A stretch of DNA of 64,000 nt from Octopus sinensis (taxonomy: Eukaryota), in NCBI RefSeq assembly GCF_006345805.1, contig NC_043002.1:62000001-62064000 (forward strand), written 5' to 3'. Position numbers and translations under genes: made by a program. Under the pieces are notes generated by a model. That model did not search any database. It was not told the origin of the DNA and saw nothing but the letters and a program-made list of their open reading frames with translations. Below, piece by piece: positions 12,118 to 26,508 of this stretch (positions within the stretch are counted from its first letter, which is position 1; every line of letters starts with the position of its first letter).

Positions 12118-13150
12118 CGAGGGGCATCCGGCGAGAATTGGGATGCGGGACGAGCGTGTCTGCATACACAGACGACCTCACCGTCATAGTATCAAGCCAC
12201 AAGCATATCGAGCTGGTCGGCGAGATACTGAAAGACTACGAAGCGGTGAAAATCAGTGGGCTTGCGACTAGGCACCTGGAGAAGCAAGCCCATGCCGTTC
12301 ACCAGCACCTCCGTCGTGGGACGCTGGACGGACGGCCCGGTTGAGTTGCTCGGGGTCTGGTTCGGTCCGGCCCTCTAAATGGAGAAGAACTGGAACGAGA
12401 TAACGAAAAGGGTGGTCACTCTCAACGGCAATGGGCCGAGAGGAAACTGTCCCTAAAAGGTCGGGCGGAGGTGGCGAACACGTACATCGCGTCCATCATC
12501 TACTACCGCCTGACCGTCGTACCTTGTCCCGACCCTACCATCACCAAACTAGAACGCATTATCTTCCGCTTCTTGTGGAAAGGATGCGTCCCGATGGTCA
12601 GGCGATCCATTTACTGTCAACACCCGTTAAAAGGAGGGCTGGGCATGCCGTTGTTGATGACACGTGCTGAGACTGCGACATCTCCGGCTCTATGTAGACG
12701 ACGGTGAACAGGTGTGGTCGCCGTTTGTGAGGCACGCTTTCCCGCAGTTCGTCTCCATGACAGAACTGCAGTCGTGGAACAAAAAAGGGTCCGAGGATGG
12801 GCGAATGGCACCGCGAGTGTCGCTTTGCTCTCAAGCAACTATGCCCTCCCGGGTCGACCTTGAGTAATTTCAACACAACCCAAGCATTCTATAGGGGTAT
12901 TAGTGGAGGGGAGGTACGACGACGATCTTGGGGCGAACCTGGGCGTCGACGAGGAATACCTGACCCGCCTGTTCGGGACGACTTTCAAACGGGAAGGAAG
13001 AGCTATTTTTATCATACTTGTGGCTATGGCGAAAGAATGTATCTGGTGGACACGCCTGAAAGAATTAGAGACAAACACTTTCTTCTCTGGTCAATCTCTG
13101 ATCAACTTCTTCAAGTATCACTTGAAGAGGAAAGTGAGAGTATAGAGGCA
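12118..13150 (+). mobile_element. Tx1/L1-clade LINE fragment (RT C-terminal half), frameshifted
   Basis: AYTDDLTVIV, LLGVWFG, LSLKGRAEVANTYIASIIYY, IFRFLWKG, PLKGGLGMP, and C-terminal AKECIWWTRL. GC-rich relative to flanks. Confidence 0.85.
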
Positions 13151-13231
13151 AGTTTTGTTATGCGTGTATAAATAAATTGATAAAATATAAACACACGCAA
13201 AAACATGCCCACTGAGAAGCAGACACCCTTT

Positions 13232-13282
<51 letters not shown>

Positions 13283-13398
13283 ATGGCTAGCTCCAAAACA
13301 TTTTGCATTATCTCTCTGTATATTTCCACGTGTTCCATTCTTGTTGAAGGGTCGAAACGTAAAAGACTTTCTCACGTCCCAAGTGTTAAACCAATACA

Positions 13399-13443
<45 letters not shown>

Positions 13444-13444
<1 letters not shown>

Positions 13445-13747
13445 CGTCGAGCTTACGATCGTGAGGTTGTGAGCTCGAATCCGGACCAGGTTGCGTGTGG
13501 TTTCTCGAGCAAGGCACTTTATTTCACGTTGCTCCAGTTCACTCAGCTGTAGAAATGAGTTGACGACGTCACTGGTGCCAAGCTGTATCGACCTTTGTCT
13601 TTCCTTGAATAACACTGGTGGCGTGGAGAGGGGGGCTGGGATGCATGGGCGACTGTGGCCTTCCATAAACAACCTTGCCCGGACTTGTGTCTAGGAGGAT
13701 AACTTTCTAGTGCAATCCCATGGTCATTCATGACCGAAGGAGGTCTT
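13444..13747 (+). mobile_element. tRNA-derived SINE family B
   Basis: B-box-like gagctcgaatcc, CORE/V-like ctcgagcaaggcactttatttcacgttgctccag, homologous to 128-390, flanked by (AT)n. Confidence 0.7.
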
Positions 13748-13789
13748 ATCCTATATATATATATATATATATATCTATATATACACGGC

Positions 13790-14116
13790 AGTGTCTGTGC
13801 GTTTTCTGTGTGTCTGTTTCTCGTACCCTCACTCTGACCACGGCTTTCAAACGATGCTGATGAAACTTGACGCACACATAGCCCAAGTCATAATTCAAAC
13901 TAACGCAGCGAAATTTTGAAAGTTCCCCCGTTCTGAAAAAAATCGATAATTCGACATGGGTGAGGAATCAGAAAACAAAACCACAGACTGTCTAGGGGAC
14001 GCAACTCGACCTTTTTAACAAAAAAAATTACCATCATTTTTTCCATTTTTGGCTATAACTCTAAAAATGCTTTATAGTTATTTCCTTAAACCGAGCAACA
14101 CCGGGCGATACGCTAG
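13790..14116 (+). mobile_element. Non-autonomous Helitron 3' end
   Basis: Ends ccgagcaacaccgggcgatacgCTAG|t: GC-rich imperfect hairpin about 10 nt upstream of a CTAG terminus followed by T. The 5' boundary is uncertain. Confidence 0.55.
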
Positions 14117-14146
14117 TATATATTATATATTATATTATATATAGAT

Positions 14147-14183
<37 letters not shown>

Positions 14184-16050
14184 GTGATATATATATATTG
14201 TGTATAATGTGTATATATATATGGAGAGAGAGAGAGAGAGATCCATGCATCCATCCATACATACATCCATACAAATACAGATATATATAGCATTTGAATA
14301 TTAAGTATTCAGCAAACTTTCAAAGCATTACCACTGTTGTTCCGCGTGTTACGAAAACGAGGGTTCCAGTTGATGCGATCAATGAAACAGCCTTGTCGGA
14401 GATTAACGTGCAAGTGGCTGAGCACCCCGCAGACGCAAGATCCAATATAACTTGCTTTGGAATGTGATTCAGCGTGGCACAGTAAGTGAAGGGGCCTGCT
14501 CTTTCGGTTACAACCCTAAGTGATGTTTGTTAGCTGAATTTGGAGTAAAATGAATTAAAGTGTTTTTTTCTCACGGACACAATGCACGGTCAAGAATCAA
14601 ACATATGACCCTATGGTTGTCAGCCCACTACTCTAACCACTGAGAAACGCGCCCTCACAGATATTATCATATTTTTACATACACACACACACACACACAC
14701 ACACACGTACACACAGGCATGCACGCACATAAACACATGCACGCACAGACACGTACACGCACGTACATGTACACACACAAACACGTACAAACACACAAAC
14801 GTACACACACGCACACATACACACACACGTACACAGGCATACATACAGACGTACACACACGTACACTCACATGTACACATACGTACACACACACACGCGC
14901 GTAGACACATTTACACTCACACACGTACACACATACACGTTCACACATACACGTACACACATACACGTACATACATACACGTTTACACACACGTACACTC
15001 ACACAGGTATATACACCTACGCACATAAACACACTCGCGCGCACATTAACGCACACACACACATATGCACGCACACGTACACACACACATATCCACACAC
15101 AAACACACATATATGCGTATATCAGTTATAATGGATTCTCCGAATCCTTGCTGTTTAGCGTAAAAAAATAAAATGCCGCATTGTATTATTGAAACTTATG
15201 CAACTCGTATAGATATAAATTTACTTTATGTTTCCTGCAATTCTTTATTACAAATTGCTATTGTATAACACCACATTGCTGTAGCTTGACGCAAAAAAAT
15301 ATGTAGATTAGTAGACAGAGAAAACAAAATGCGGCCCACAGAGACCTGAACAACTTTATGTAAAGGTATGAAAAAGAGCCAATAATTTATTTAGCTTTGT
15401 CTTTACTGCAAAACGACAGAAAATATATTTTTATGATGCCATATAGAATCTAAATGAAAGTTAAGTATTGTAATTTGAATTTTGTTTCAATGTTTTTACT
15501 AACATTATTAGATTCGGTGTCAGCAAAAGAAAAAGAAAACAAAGAAAACTTTTTTTCTTTTGCTTATGATATCTTTACTACATACATTATCTATATAACC
15601 TCACCATACGCTACGTACAAAGATCTTTTCGGTGATATTTGCAATACTAGTTACATTTATTAACTTATCAACCGACATATTGTTTCTGTTCGTGTTTTCT
15701 TACTTCGTCACAGCTTTCAAGTGTAAAATATGGCCACGTTCGTACTGGGACACCGTGTTATAGAGTTTCAAGTCGATCAAATCAACTTCAGCAATTTTGA
15801 TTTTTAAGACGCGGGATTTGATCTCTTGTCGACTCACTAGGTTATGGAGACATGCACAACAAACACCACCTGTCCAGCAGTGGTAGGGGCCAGAACATTT
15901 CATGACGTGACACATGTGGATGTAGGCATCTATCTATTTATCTATCTATTTATTTATCTATTTATCGATATATCTATCTATATGTCTGTATGTCTGTCTG
16001 TATGTCTGTGTATCTATCTTCCTATCCATTTATCTATCTATCTATCTATA

Positions 16051-16104
<54 letters not shown>

Positions 16105-16339
16105 CCTATCTATCTATCTTTCTATCTGTCTGTCTGTCTGTCTATATTATACGATGTTCTTCTTACAGTTTTCCTCTACCAGGTCCAATTATAAGGCTTT
16201 ATTAAATCCGAGGTTATAGGCACTTATTCAAGTTGTCACGGTCGAGGACTGAATACGAAAATTTCTGTGGTTGAGAAGCAAGCTTCTGGCCATCCACCTG
16301 AGCAAAAGTCTATGATATATATATATATATAATATATAG

Positions 16340-16371
<32 letters not shown>

Positions 16372-17147
16372 TTATATATATATATATATATATACATATA
16401 TATATACATCAACACACACACACATATGTATGAATCAAAACAGTTTATTTCAATTTTGTTGGTACTCCGAGTTTCAAGCGTGATGCTAGTCTTTAGCCAT
16501 TTTGAATTTGAATGAAAGAAGTTGATTGTTATTACAGTCAGTCGGACTTGCGATTGGTCGAAGAAGGTGACGCTTTGTCGCAGTTTGATGTTGAAGCATC
16601 GGTATATGAGCGACAACATTTAGTTGGAAAATACCGCACGGTCTACAGGAAACCGATTACGTGCAAGACAGGAAGTCGACCGCCCGGTGGACGAGGAATA
16701 GATGGGGTTGCTGGAGAGCAAGTAGCAAGGGGTGGTATGGGAGGTATATATAGATTTATATGTGGATGTGTGGAAGTGGTCAAATGGTTTTCCTTGCATG
16801 TGTGTGTTGATGCAAAGATTCGCTTCTGAACATGGGTGCACACGGGGTTATCAACTTCCAACGCTTAGCAATTCCCAACACTTGTTGTGTGCACGTATAC
16901 TCATGCATGCGAGCCCGAGTATGCAATCATCTGGGTGCGCACACTAATATGCATGCATACATGCATGCTTATAAACATATTCACATATAAATGGATATGC
17001 ATATGTGTGCGTGTTTGCGTGTGCGCGTACATATGTAAGCATGTGTGTATGTACGCGTACTTATGTTTGTTCATATATGTGTGGGGGCGCATGCAATAAC
17101 TGCCAATAAATATGTTGAGTGCCCTTCTTTTGTTTATCCACTCACCT

Positions 17148-17223
<76 letters not shown>

Positions 17224-17254
17224 TCTCCACATGGAAAAGGAAAGGAATATATAT

Positions 17255-17647
17255 TCTCTTTTTCTCTTTTTACTTGTTTCAGTCATCTTGACTGCGGCTA
17301 TGCTGGAGCACCGCCTTTAATCGAGCAACTCGACCCCGAGACTTATTCTTTGTAAGCCCAGTACTTATTCTATCGGTCTCTTTTGCCGAACAACTAAGTG
17401 ACGGGGACATAAACACACCAGCATCGGTTATCAAGCAATGCTAAGGGGACAAACCCAGACACACAAACATACACGCACATACATATATATACATATATAC
17501 GACGTGCTTCTTTCAGTTTCCGTCTACCAAATCCACTCACCAGGCTATGGTCGGCCCGAGACACTTGCCCAAGGTGCCACGCAGTGGGACTGAACCCGGA
17601 ATCATGTGGTTGGTAAAGAAGCTACTTACCACACAGCCACTCCTGCG

Positions 17648-17649
<2 letters not shown>
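17255..17649 (-). mobile_element. SINE family A, full length
   Basis: Reverse complement of the 7173-7575 family from ggcgcaggagtggc to the tgaaacaagtaaaag tail. Confidence 0.85.
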
Positions 17650-17680
<31 letters not shown>

Positions 17681-17684
<4 letters not shown>

Positions 17685-17935
17685 GGCAACTACCTACATA
17701 GGAGGGACTGCACGCAAAATAGGAGAGCGTATAGATGGATATTAGCGAGAGCTCAAAGAAGGGAAAAACTCGTCAGTGCTCAACCAGCATGCTCAAGCAG
17801 AACATAGAGGCTCGATTTATAGCATAGGGGATGGAGTACTATCGACACAGAGAACTGGCACGACATTAGACAGATAACAGAAACTACACACTTCACAATA
17901 GATAACCTCAGTCTCAATAGAAAATATGAATGGAG
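17681..17935 (+). mobile_element. Penelope-like element GIY-YIG endonuclease C-terminal fragment
   Basis: TYIGGTARKIGERI...SSVLNQHAQAEH...RQITE...LSLNRKYEW, with stops and a frameshift. Confidence 0.6.
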
Positions 17936-18154
17936 CAGTAACACACACCACCGCATCACACTACATGATTAAAGGAGTAGGACAGGAAAAAACAACTGTA
18001 TATAACATACAGAAACGTACTGTGTAATGCACACAAAATAGACATATATGGGCTTGCCTATGATACTTATGAGAAATACAGATAGATGTATAAGATAAAA
18101 ATAAATATGCAAGTAGATAGATAAATGAATATATAAATAGATCTACTACATAAT

Positions 18155-18304
18155 CGCAGGAGTGGCTGTGTGGTATGTAGCTTGCTTACCAACCATATGC
18201 CTCCGGGTTCATTCCCACTGCGTGGCAACTTGGGCAAGTATCTTGTACTATAGCGTCGGGCCGATTAAAGTCTTGCGAGTGGATTTGGTATATATGTATA
18301 TGTC

Positions 18305-18356
<52 letters not shown>

Positions 18357-18590
18357 GTGTGTGTGTGTGTGTGTGTGTGCGTGTGCGTGTTTATATGTAT
18401 GTTTTGTGTGTCTGTTTTTGTCCCGTCAACATCACTTGACAACTGATGCTGGTGTGTTTACGTCCCTGTAACTTAGCGGTTCTGCAAAAGAGACCTAGGT
18501 TTACAAGGAATAAGTCCTGGGGTCAATTTTCTCGACTAAAGGCGATGCCCCAGCATGGCCGCCGTTAAATGGCTGAAACAAATAAAAGAG
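18155..18590 (+). mobile_element. SINE family A, full length with expanded internal microsatellite
   Basis: Same head, CORE-like block and tail as 7173-7575; internal (AT)n(GT)n expanded to over 100 bp. Confidence 0.85.
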
Positions 18591-19234
18591 ATAAAAAACA
18601 AATAAAAGGTGATAAGTGTAAGACAGAGACAGATAAATTATATAAATAAAACTATAGAAAATGCTTGGTTACATAAGGAGCAAACCTATACACACACAAA
18701 CATACACACACATGAAACTCCATCGACGGACTTAGGATGCCAACAACGCATCTAAGACGGTTAGCAGTTGCGGTGGCGCCAACGAATGCAATAACGACAA
18801 CAACTACCACGATGTCAACACCGTGGGTGAACACACATTCACACAGGAATACAGGAATTTACCATGTTTTTTTCTCGGGTCTTAGGACAGTAGCAGCATA
18901 AAAGGATGAGAGGATGGAACTGAGGAAAGGCCACACTCTTGCTAGAAATTATGTGGTACACAAACACAGACACACACAAATATACACACATATATACACA
19001 TACACACACACAGAATCACACACATACACACATAAACAAAGTGAGAAACTAGTGGACACATGAGGATACACATCTTAGATGAGCAGAAAGAAGTAAGTGG
19101 AGCAAGATCACACACGGAAAGGAAAAGTGTCGCTGAAGAGGTGACAGATGTGTGACGAAAGATTTCCGGACAATGGGGCAGAGTTCAAATAATAAAATAA
19201 GAATAGGAATAAACGAGTGAAGAATACGCGCGCG

Positions 19235-19265
<31 letters not shown>

Positions 19266-19670
19266 CACACACACACAAACGCACACATGTGTGTATATAT
19301 GTAAGTATATGTATATATATATATATTAGAAGAAATAATATAATATAACAATATAATATATATATTAGAAGAAGAATATAATATAATAATATAACTGTAC
19401 ATCATCTCCAAAACTTCTAAGACATATATGTACATACACATATATACATGTGTGTGTGTATCTGTGACTGTGTGTGAGTGTTTATGTGTGTGTCTGTAAA
19501 TGTATATATGTGTTTATATTTGCATACATGCATTCATACATGAATAATACACACATTCACACACATACACATACACACATACACACACGCACACACATAC
19601 ATATAGAGAGAGAGTGTCTGTGTGTGTGTTACACAGGTATTTCTCGATACATGTATGCATACCTACACAT

Positions 19671-19724
<54 letters not shown>

Positions 19725-20411
19725 TTACGTACGCACACACAGACATACATGTGGCTGCATGCGTATCTATGAACATAGGTGCGTCTATACTAGAACGTAC
19801 TTCAATAATCCTATTTGAAATTGTAACAAGTACCCACACAAAAACGAAATAAAATATGAAGAAAACGCACATTATATTCATATATTGCGCTATGATCTCT
19901 AGTCAATTATATCACAGAAGCTAATATGGCAACGGAAAGCTAAAAAGGGTTACGATTTCGACTATTCATCTCGAAAATCTATTAGCGAAGTTAGTGAATC
20001 AATGTATTTTCTTCTTTTAATAAAGGATAGAAAAATATATGGCGTACGAAAAGAGACGAGAATCAGATTTCAACAAACTTTTGTGTAACTTCAATAAGCA
20101 TATACGATAAATTAAATATCAGTATTGTAAATACATAGGAAAACATAGGCAAGAACACGTTATATATAAATACACGAATCTATGTACGTAGGCATATATG
20201 TTAGAAATTTTGTCTATAAATCTACTATTGAGACTTTCTCTCAGTTTCTATCACTCTCTCTAAGTCCCTCTCTCTTTCTCCCTTTCACCACACACATTTA
20301 TATATAGAAAGTTGTGTATGTATAAATGTGAGCATAGACATTATATGTATACATGAATATCTATACCTATCTATCTATGTGAGTGTGTGTGTGTGTGCGT
20401 GTGTGTGCATA

Positions 20412-20494
<83 letters not shown>

Positions 20495-20542
20495 ATATAT
20501 ATATATATATATATATATATAGATATTTAGATATACATAAAT

Positions 20543-20582
<40 letters not shown>

Positions 20583-20635
20583 CTACACTTTAGACATGTA
20601 TATAGATATGGAGAGAGAGAGACGGAGAGACGGAT

Positions 20636-20653
20636 ATATAGATAGATAGATAG

Positions 20654-20737
<84 letters not shown>

Positions 20738-20744
20738 GGATAGG

Positions 20745-20842
<98 letters not shown>
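20636..20842. repeat. (AGAT)n tetranucleotide array
   Basis: About 200 bp near-perfect array. Similar arrays at about 11830-11940, 16030-16130, 38500-38580, 44140-44480, 49975-50070, 56625-56820 and 60975-61095. Confidence 0.95.
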
Positions 20843-21432
20843 CACACAGCTATATACATATTCATTGATAAATGCATATGGGGGTTTATGTACCCATGTT
20901 GGTCTGGGTGTGTATATGTGTGTACGGATATGTATACGCATAGAAATGTATACATACATAAAAGGAAATTTAGGAAAAAATGCTTCGTGGATGAAAGAAT
21001 CAAATATAACTGGCGGCTGAGACGATTATTAATCCGGCGAATATGCATAATCTCTCTTTCACTATACACAAATACCTTGATAATACATACTTACATACAT
21101 ATATGCATATATTTATTCTTCCATACATACAAAAATACACACATGCATAAGTACATATATATATATATATGTTGATATATATATGTATGTGTGTGTGTGT
21201 ATGTGTGTTTGCGTGTATGCATATATATGTGTGTATATATGTCTATATATATGTATGTATATATACATATTCTTAAATACACGTTACATATTAAGCATAT
21301 ATAGAGATATTATATATATATATGTATGTGTGTGTGTGTGTGTAAATACATGTACTTACAAGTAAACACACAGAAGAATATATGGATAGATGTATATATA
21401 TATACATACATTTATACGCACATTTATATATG

Positions 21433-21536
<104 letters not shown>

Positions 21537-22087
21537 GTACACACACACACATATTGGAAGTACTATGGAAAATGTGGAGAGAGAGAGTGATAAAGAAAGT
21601 GATTAGTGAATTGTAGAGAGATTGAGTTATGTAGAAAATGAAAGAAATTGTGCAATCGAAATAATTATTGAAGGAATCGAGAACAACAACAAAAACAAAA
21701 GAGTGAGTACACATATAAGATATAGACAGAATGAATGAGGACTATAGAAAGAAAGAAGAAAGTAAGAAAGAGTGTTAGTTATATGGAGAGAAAGGAAGAA
21801 AGTCGAATGTCTCCCAAGAACGTAATGTGTCAGTTGAAGAAATACGGAAGAAAGCTTTGAAGATAATGAAGGTGGAAAAATAAAAATACATTCTTATGGA
21901 AATAATGGTTGGAACCAGAATTTACTTCAGTGAATACTGAAAAGAAATCTTGAAGAATATTAGAATGTTACAAAAAGAAAGTTGAGAAAAAGAACAAACA
22001 CTAGAAGTAATGTGCGTCAGAGCCGCTGAAGACAAGTATGTCGCCCACATTTGTGAGCGTAGTGTATGCACACAACAAATGCATATG

Positions 22088-22147
<60 letters not shown>

Positions 22148-22164
22148 TATAGATAGATAGATAG

Positions 22165-22360
22165 ATGCATTTTCAAAATGTAACCACATGAGAATCGTTG
22201 GTTATTTTTCCCTCTGTCTTCCCTTCCATTGGACCTTCTGAAGAAGAGCTTTGCTCGAATCGTAAAACCACCTTCCTTTCATCCTGAGCACCAGCTAATG
22301 CTTGTACAGCTAATACATGTACCACGTCCGCACGTGTTGTTGCTTTCTTTTGTGCTTGAT
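22165..22360 (+). mobile_element. Short PLE-pLTR-like non-coding repeat with degenerate hammerhead motif
   Basis: Homologous to the reverse complement of 51885-52100. Contains CTGAAGA-A-GAGC-ttt-GCTC-GAAT-CGTA. Confidence 0.55.
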
Positions 22361-22529
22361 CTTCAGTTTTTTGTTATTGCTTGGTTTGCAATTTATGCAG
22401 TCGTGTATGCATGTTTAGAGCAGGGCTCATTAGCCACCAACGGAGCTGCAAATGCAAATTATAAGTTATTCCTAGAGCGCACAGTGTCCCTAAAGGTCAA
22501 CAATGGTCTTCCTCGGTCACGAGTGGACG

Positions 22530-22584
<55 letters not shown>

Positions 22585-22879
22585 TACAAATGTACGTACG
22601 CTGCTATAATATATATATATATACAAAAATGGGACAAGAACGCAAACAATCCTGCCAACTAGGTGATACAAAAAGAGACAACAAAACATCCAGATAGACG
22701 ATACAAAAAAATCAAGAACGGGTCATTTGAAGCATCCTATCCTCAGTCAAGAACCAGATCATCCTCGCAATTTCGGCTGATTAATCTTGAGATTGCTCAA
22801 ATCTGGCCAGCCCCGTGTCCGGATGGTTTGCGTTCTTGTCCAATTTTGTATTATATATACATGAATTCATTAGGTGAGC

Positions 22880-23287
22880 ATATGACCGATGAATGCTTCA
22901 TTCGGACCTATACACAGTAACCCAGTGGGCACAAGAAAACAATATGCAATTGAACGAAAAAATGTTGAGCTCATCCACTTTGGAACTGAGGGTACACTCA
23001 AACGACCACATACACTACCGTTGGGAAACCTACCTGAACCGTTGGATGATATCTGCAAATTAGGTGTAACTGTCGATAGCAACATTAGCTGTAGTGTGCA
23101 CATCAACAAAAAGTCGAAGAATGACCTCATGGATCCTGAGAACTTTTCAATCTATGCATCATGTAAACATCATCCATCTCTTCTCCACATTCACTAGGCC
23201 CCAACTTGAATACTACTGCCCATTTTGGTTCTCTCACCCCACAAAATACAAGACATAATGAGGATCGAAGCGGTACAAAGACAAATT

Positions 23288-23340
<53 letters not shown>

Positions 23341-23640
23341 GGACTTGATTATTAGGTTCGAATTAAACAGCTGAAGCTGTATTCACGGCAACGCCGCCGT
23401 GAACGATAAATTATTAGCACCAAGTGGAAAATATTCCTGAAACAATATCCAAATAACATTGGCATTATGTTTACAATTCACCTAAAACTAAGCAATGCGT
23501 CACATACAAAGGTCGAGAGAATATCACATAAGAACATTGCGACACAATGTCTTCACTGCAAAGGGGCCTGCACTTTGCAATGTTATCCCGGAAGAAATTA
23601 AAGTAGAAAAAGATCCCCTAACTTTCAAACGGTTATCTAA
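22880..23640 (+). mobile_element. CR1/L2-type LINE 3' fragment interrupted by (AT)n
   Basis: KLGVTVDSNIS, RPQLEYYCPFW, KLYSRQRRRER and KGPALCNVIP-like motifs, matching the 5906-6933 and 7645-7920 type. Confidence 0.7.
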
Positions 23641-23684
23641 GTTATCTAAGTTGTATAATATATATATATGTGTGTGTGTGTGTT

Positions 23685-23721
<37 letters not shown>

Positions 23722-24489
23722 ATATGTATAGATATGTACATATATATACACATACACATACACATATAAGTTCACTTTTCATTCTCATGGATGGTCTCCT
23801 AGAGGAAAGGAATTCTCTTGTTTTATTTAACATTCTGTCAACTACAATTGTTTGTAATTTTCATTCGTCCCAAAATTTTGTTCGTTTATGTAGCTCGTGG
23901 GAATAACTGTCATTACAATTACATGATCAGTGTTCACTCTTTGGAATACTGCAAAATTTACTTTTGTTGTTGTTCTGAATTTTACTGACCTCCAAATTAC
24001 TAATCTGTGTATTTGGAATAATTTCTTCGATTGAATACTCACAAATGAGTTGACTTTTCCTCTTTTTCTCAACATTTATTGTTTCTGAACTTTTTTGTAG
24101 ATTTAGCCATTAAAGTCGTAACGTGTGGTATAATTTTGTCTGACAAATATTTTGCATTTGGAAAACAATGAGTATAAATAGAAATATAAACGGTTCTAAA
24201 TAAAGTAATAACACCAAACATCACGTTCACTTGTTTTTTTAAGTAATTATAGTTTATGCACTTCTTACAAGTATTTTAAACATAATTACGTTTGATAAAA
24301 TATTATATACTTGCCTTTCAAAGAGTGAATCGAAAAGACATCTTCTCTCTTCATCAATAACATATGATGATAGTAATAATTTTTTCTACCCGTTGGCATA
24401 TTCGCATGATTACTGTGCCGATAAACAAAAATCAAAGTTGCTTCTATATCGACTCCTCTTGCCCGTTTAGTTCAAGGATCGGCGCATAA

Positions 24490-24755
24490 GAAGAGTAAAG
24501 GTGGTGCTATGATAATTGGTGCGTTAGGAACAGTAAGCGAAGATATAGAAAAATGAATGAAGGAGATTGAAATTGGATACTCGGTGGAGCTCCAACAGAA
24601 AGTTTGTCTCTTAGGAAGAGCAAGAATTATAAGGAGGCTTCTAGGCATTTGAAAGACCGCTGAAAATATGCGCATATCTAAGGTTACAGGTAGTAACACG
24701 CTACCTACATAATTCCTTTCAGGAATAAAACCGAACCTGAGCTCAACCAAAATAA
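24490..24755 (+). mobile_element. R4/Dong-type RLE retrotransposon 3' fragment
   Basis: IIGALGTVSEDIEK*MKEIEIGYSVELQQKVCLLGRARIIRRLLGI*, then a UTR running into (AAT)/(CAT)n. Confidence 0.7.
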
Positions 24756-24777
24756 TTATAATGATAATAAAATTGAT

Positions 24778-24819
<42 letters not shown>

Positions 24820-24850
24820 TATCATCACCATCATCATCATCATCATCATC

Positions 24851-24884
<34 letters not shown>

Positions 24885-24886
24885 TA

Positions 24887-24920
<34 letters not shown>

Positions 24921-24935
24921 CAATAATAATAGTAA

Positions 24936-24966
<31 letters not shown>

Positions 24967-25009
24967 AATAACAATAATGATGATGATGATGATGATGATG
25001 ACAATAATA

Positions 25010-25064
<55 letters not shown>

Positions 25065-25066
25065 TA

Positions 25067-25471
25067 AAATGCCCTGATGCTTGTCAGTTTTTGACCGTAA
25101 CCAGTTCAGCATGTCCCTTAGTGGCTGACGATATGTACATCTCTGATCACGAGCCAAAGTAGTAGGGGAGCATCATAGCCATGTGTGGAGGGGGCTTCTT
25201 TGGGGTTTGAATAATTTACCTCTGGAAACATGGGTGTTCCTTTCAACATGCTTAAACAACGCTTATTCATGAACCGTTTTAGCGGGATGTGTTACTCAAC
25301 CAGAAGAAAATTCTAACTGGGCCCTACCTGCAAGTTCATGTGCTGATTATCTTGATATGAGATCATCATGTCGCGCACATATGGTTGTGATGCATGTGCC
25401 TAGTGTACCCTTATCAGATGTGTAGTCATGATGCGCATACTGAGCTTATGGCATGCACTGCTCTCTCACTC
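25067..25471 (+). mobile_element. (AAT)n-flanked ~550-bp non-coding element, internally deleted copy
   Basis: Starts aaatgccctgatgc and ends ctctctcactc|aataat. Homologous to 26509-27062 and 34645-35193. Confidence 0.8.
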
Positions 25472-25502
<31 letters not shown>

Positions 25503-25569
25503 TAATAATAATAATAATAATGATAATAATAATAACAAAAACAATAACAATAACAACAACAACAACAAC

Positions 25570-25637
<68 letters not shown>

Positions 25638-25699
25638 CGAGGATGATGATGATTAAGTTAGAGAATAGGAAACCAGACGCGGTTAATTGAGAATGAAAG

Positions 25700-26070
25700 C
25701 AAACGATACTGGATAATAGATATACCATGCCCATTTGACGACAAGGTAAATGATAAAGAAAAAAGAAAAGTCGATAGATATGACAGGTTAACTTAGGATT
25801 TTAAGCAATTGTGGTCGACTGAAAAGGTGGTAGTAGTACCAATAATTGTTAGAGCCCTGTGGACAGTGAGTAAAAATCTTGATAATTACATGGAACAAAT
25901 AGGGGCTGCAACACGGGTGGGGCACTTGCAGAAACCAGCGTTTCTTGGAACAGCTCGAATAATCCGGATGGTGCTCGAAAAATAAGGGGTGTTACCTTAG
26001 TTCACTCGTTGTGGACCGCTGACACCGTAATACATCTCCAGCGTTAGAATATGTGCAAACACAATAAATA
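25700..26070 (+). mobile_element. R4/Dong-type RLE retrotransposon 3' fragment
   Basis: KVDRYDRLT*DFKQLWSTEKVVVVPIIVRALWTV...LQKPAFLGTARIIRMVLEK*; UTR ends in (AAT)n. Confidence 0.75.
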
Positions 26071-26137
26071 ATAATAGTAATGATAATAATAATAATAATA
26101 ATAATAATTATTATTATTATTATTATTATTATACCAA

Positions 26138-26238
<101 letters not shown>

Positions 26239-26379
26239 TGCCCTGATGCTTGTCAGTTGTTTGACCGTAACCAGTAATAATAATCATAATCATAATCATA
26301 ATAATAATAATAATAACAACAACAAAGACAACAACAACGACGACAACGACGACGATGATGACGATGACGATGATGATGG

Positions 26380-26441
<62 letters not shown>

Positions 26442-26448
26442 GTGGTGG

Positions 26449-26487
<39 letters not shown>

Positions 26488-26508
26488 GGAAGATGATGAT
26501 AAAGTAAT

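Noticed and set aside
19127-19175. Hammerhead-like CTGAAGA...GAAA
   Set aside because: Helix II and III pairings are poor and there is no repeat-family context; likely chance.
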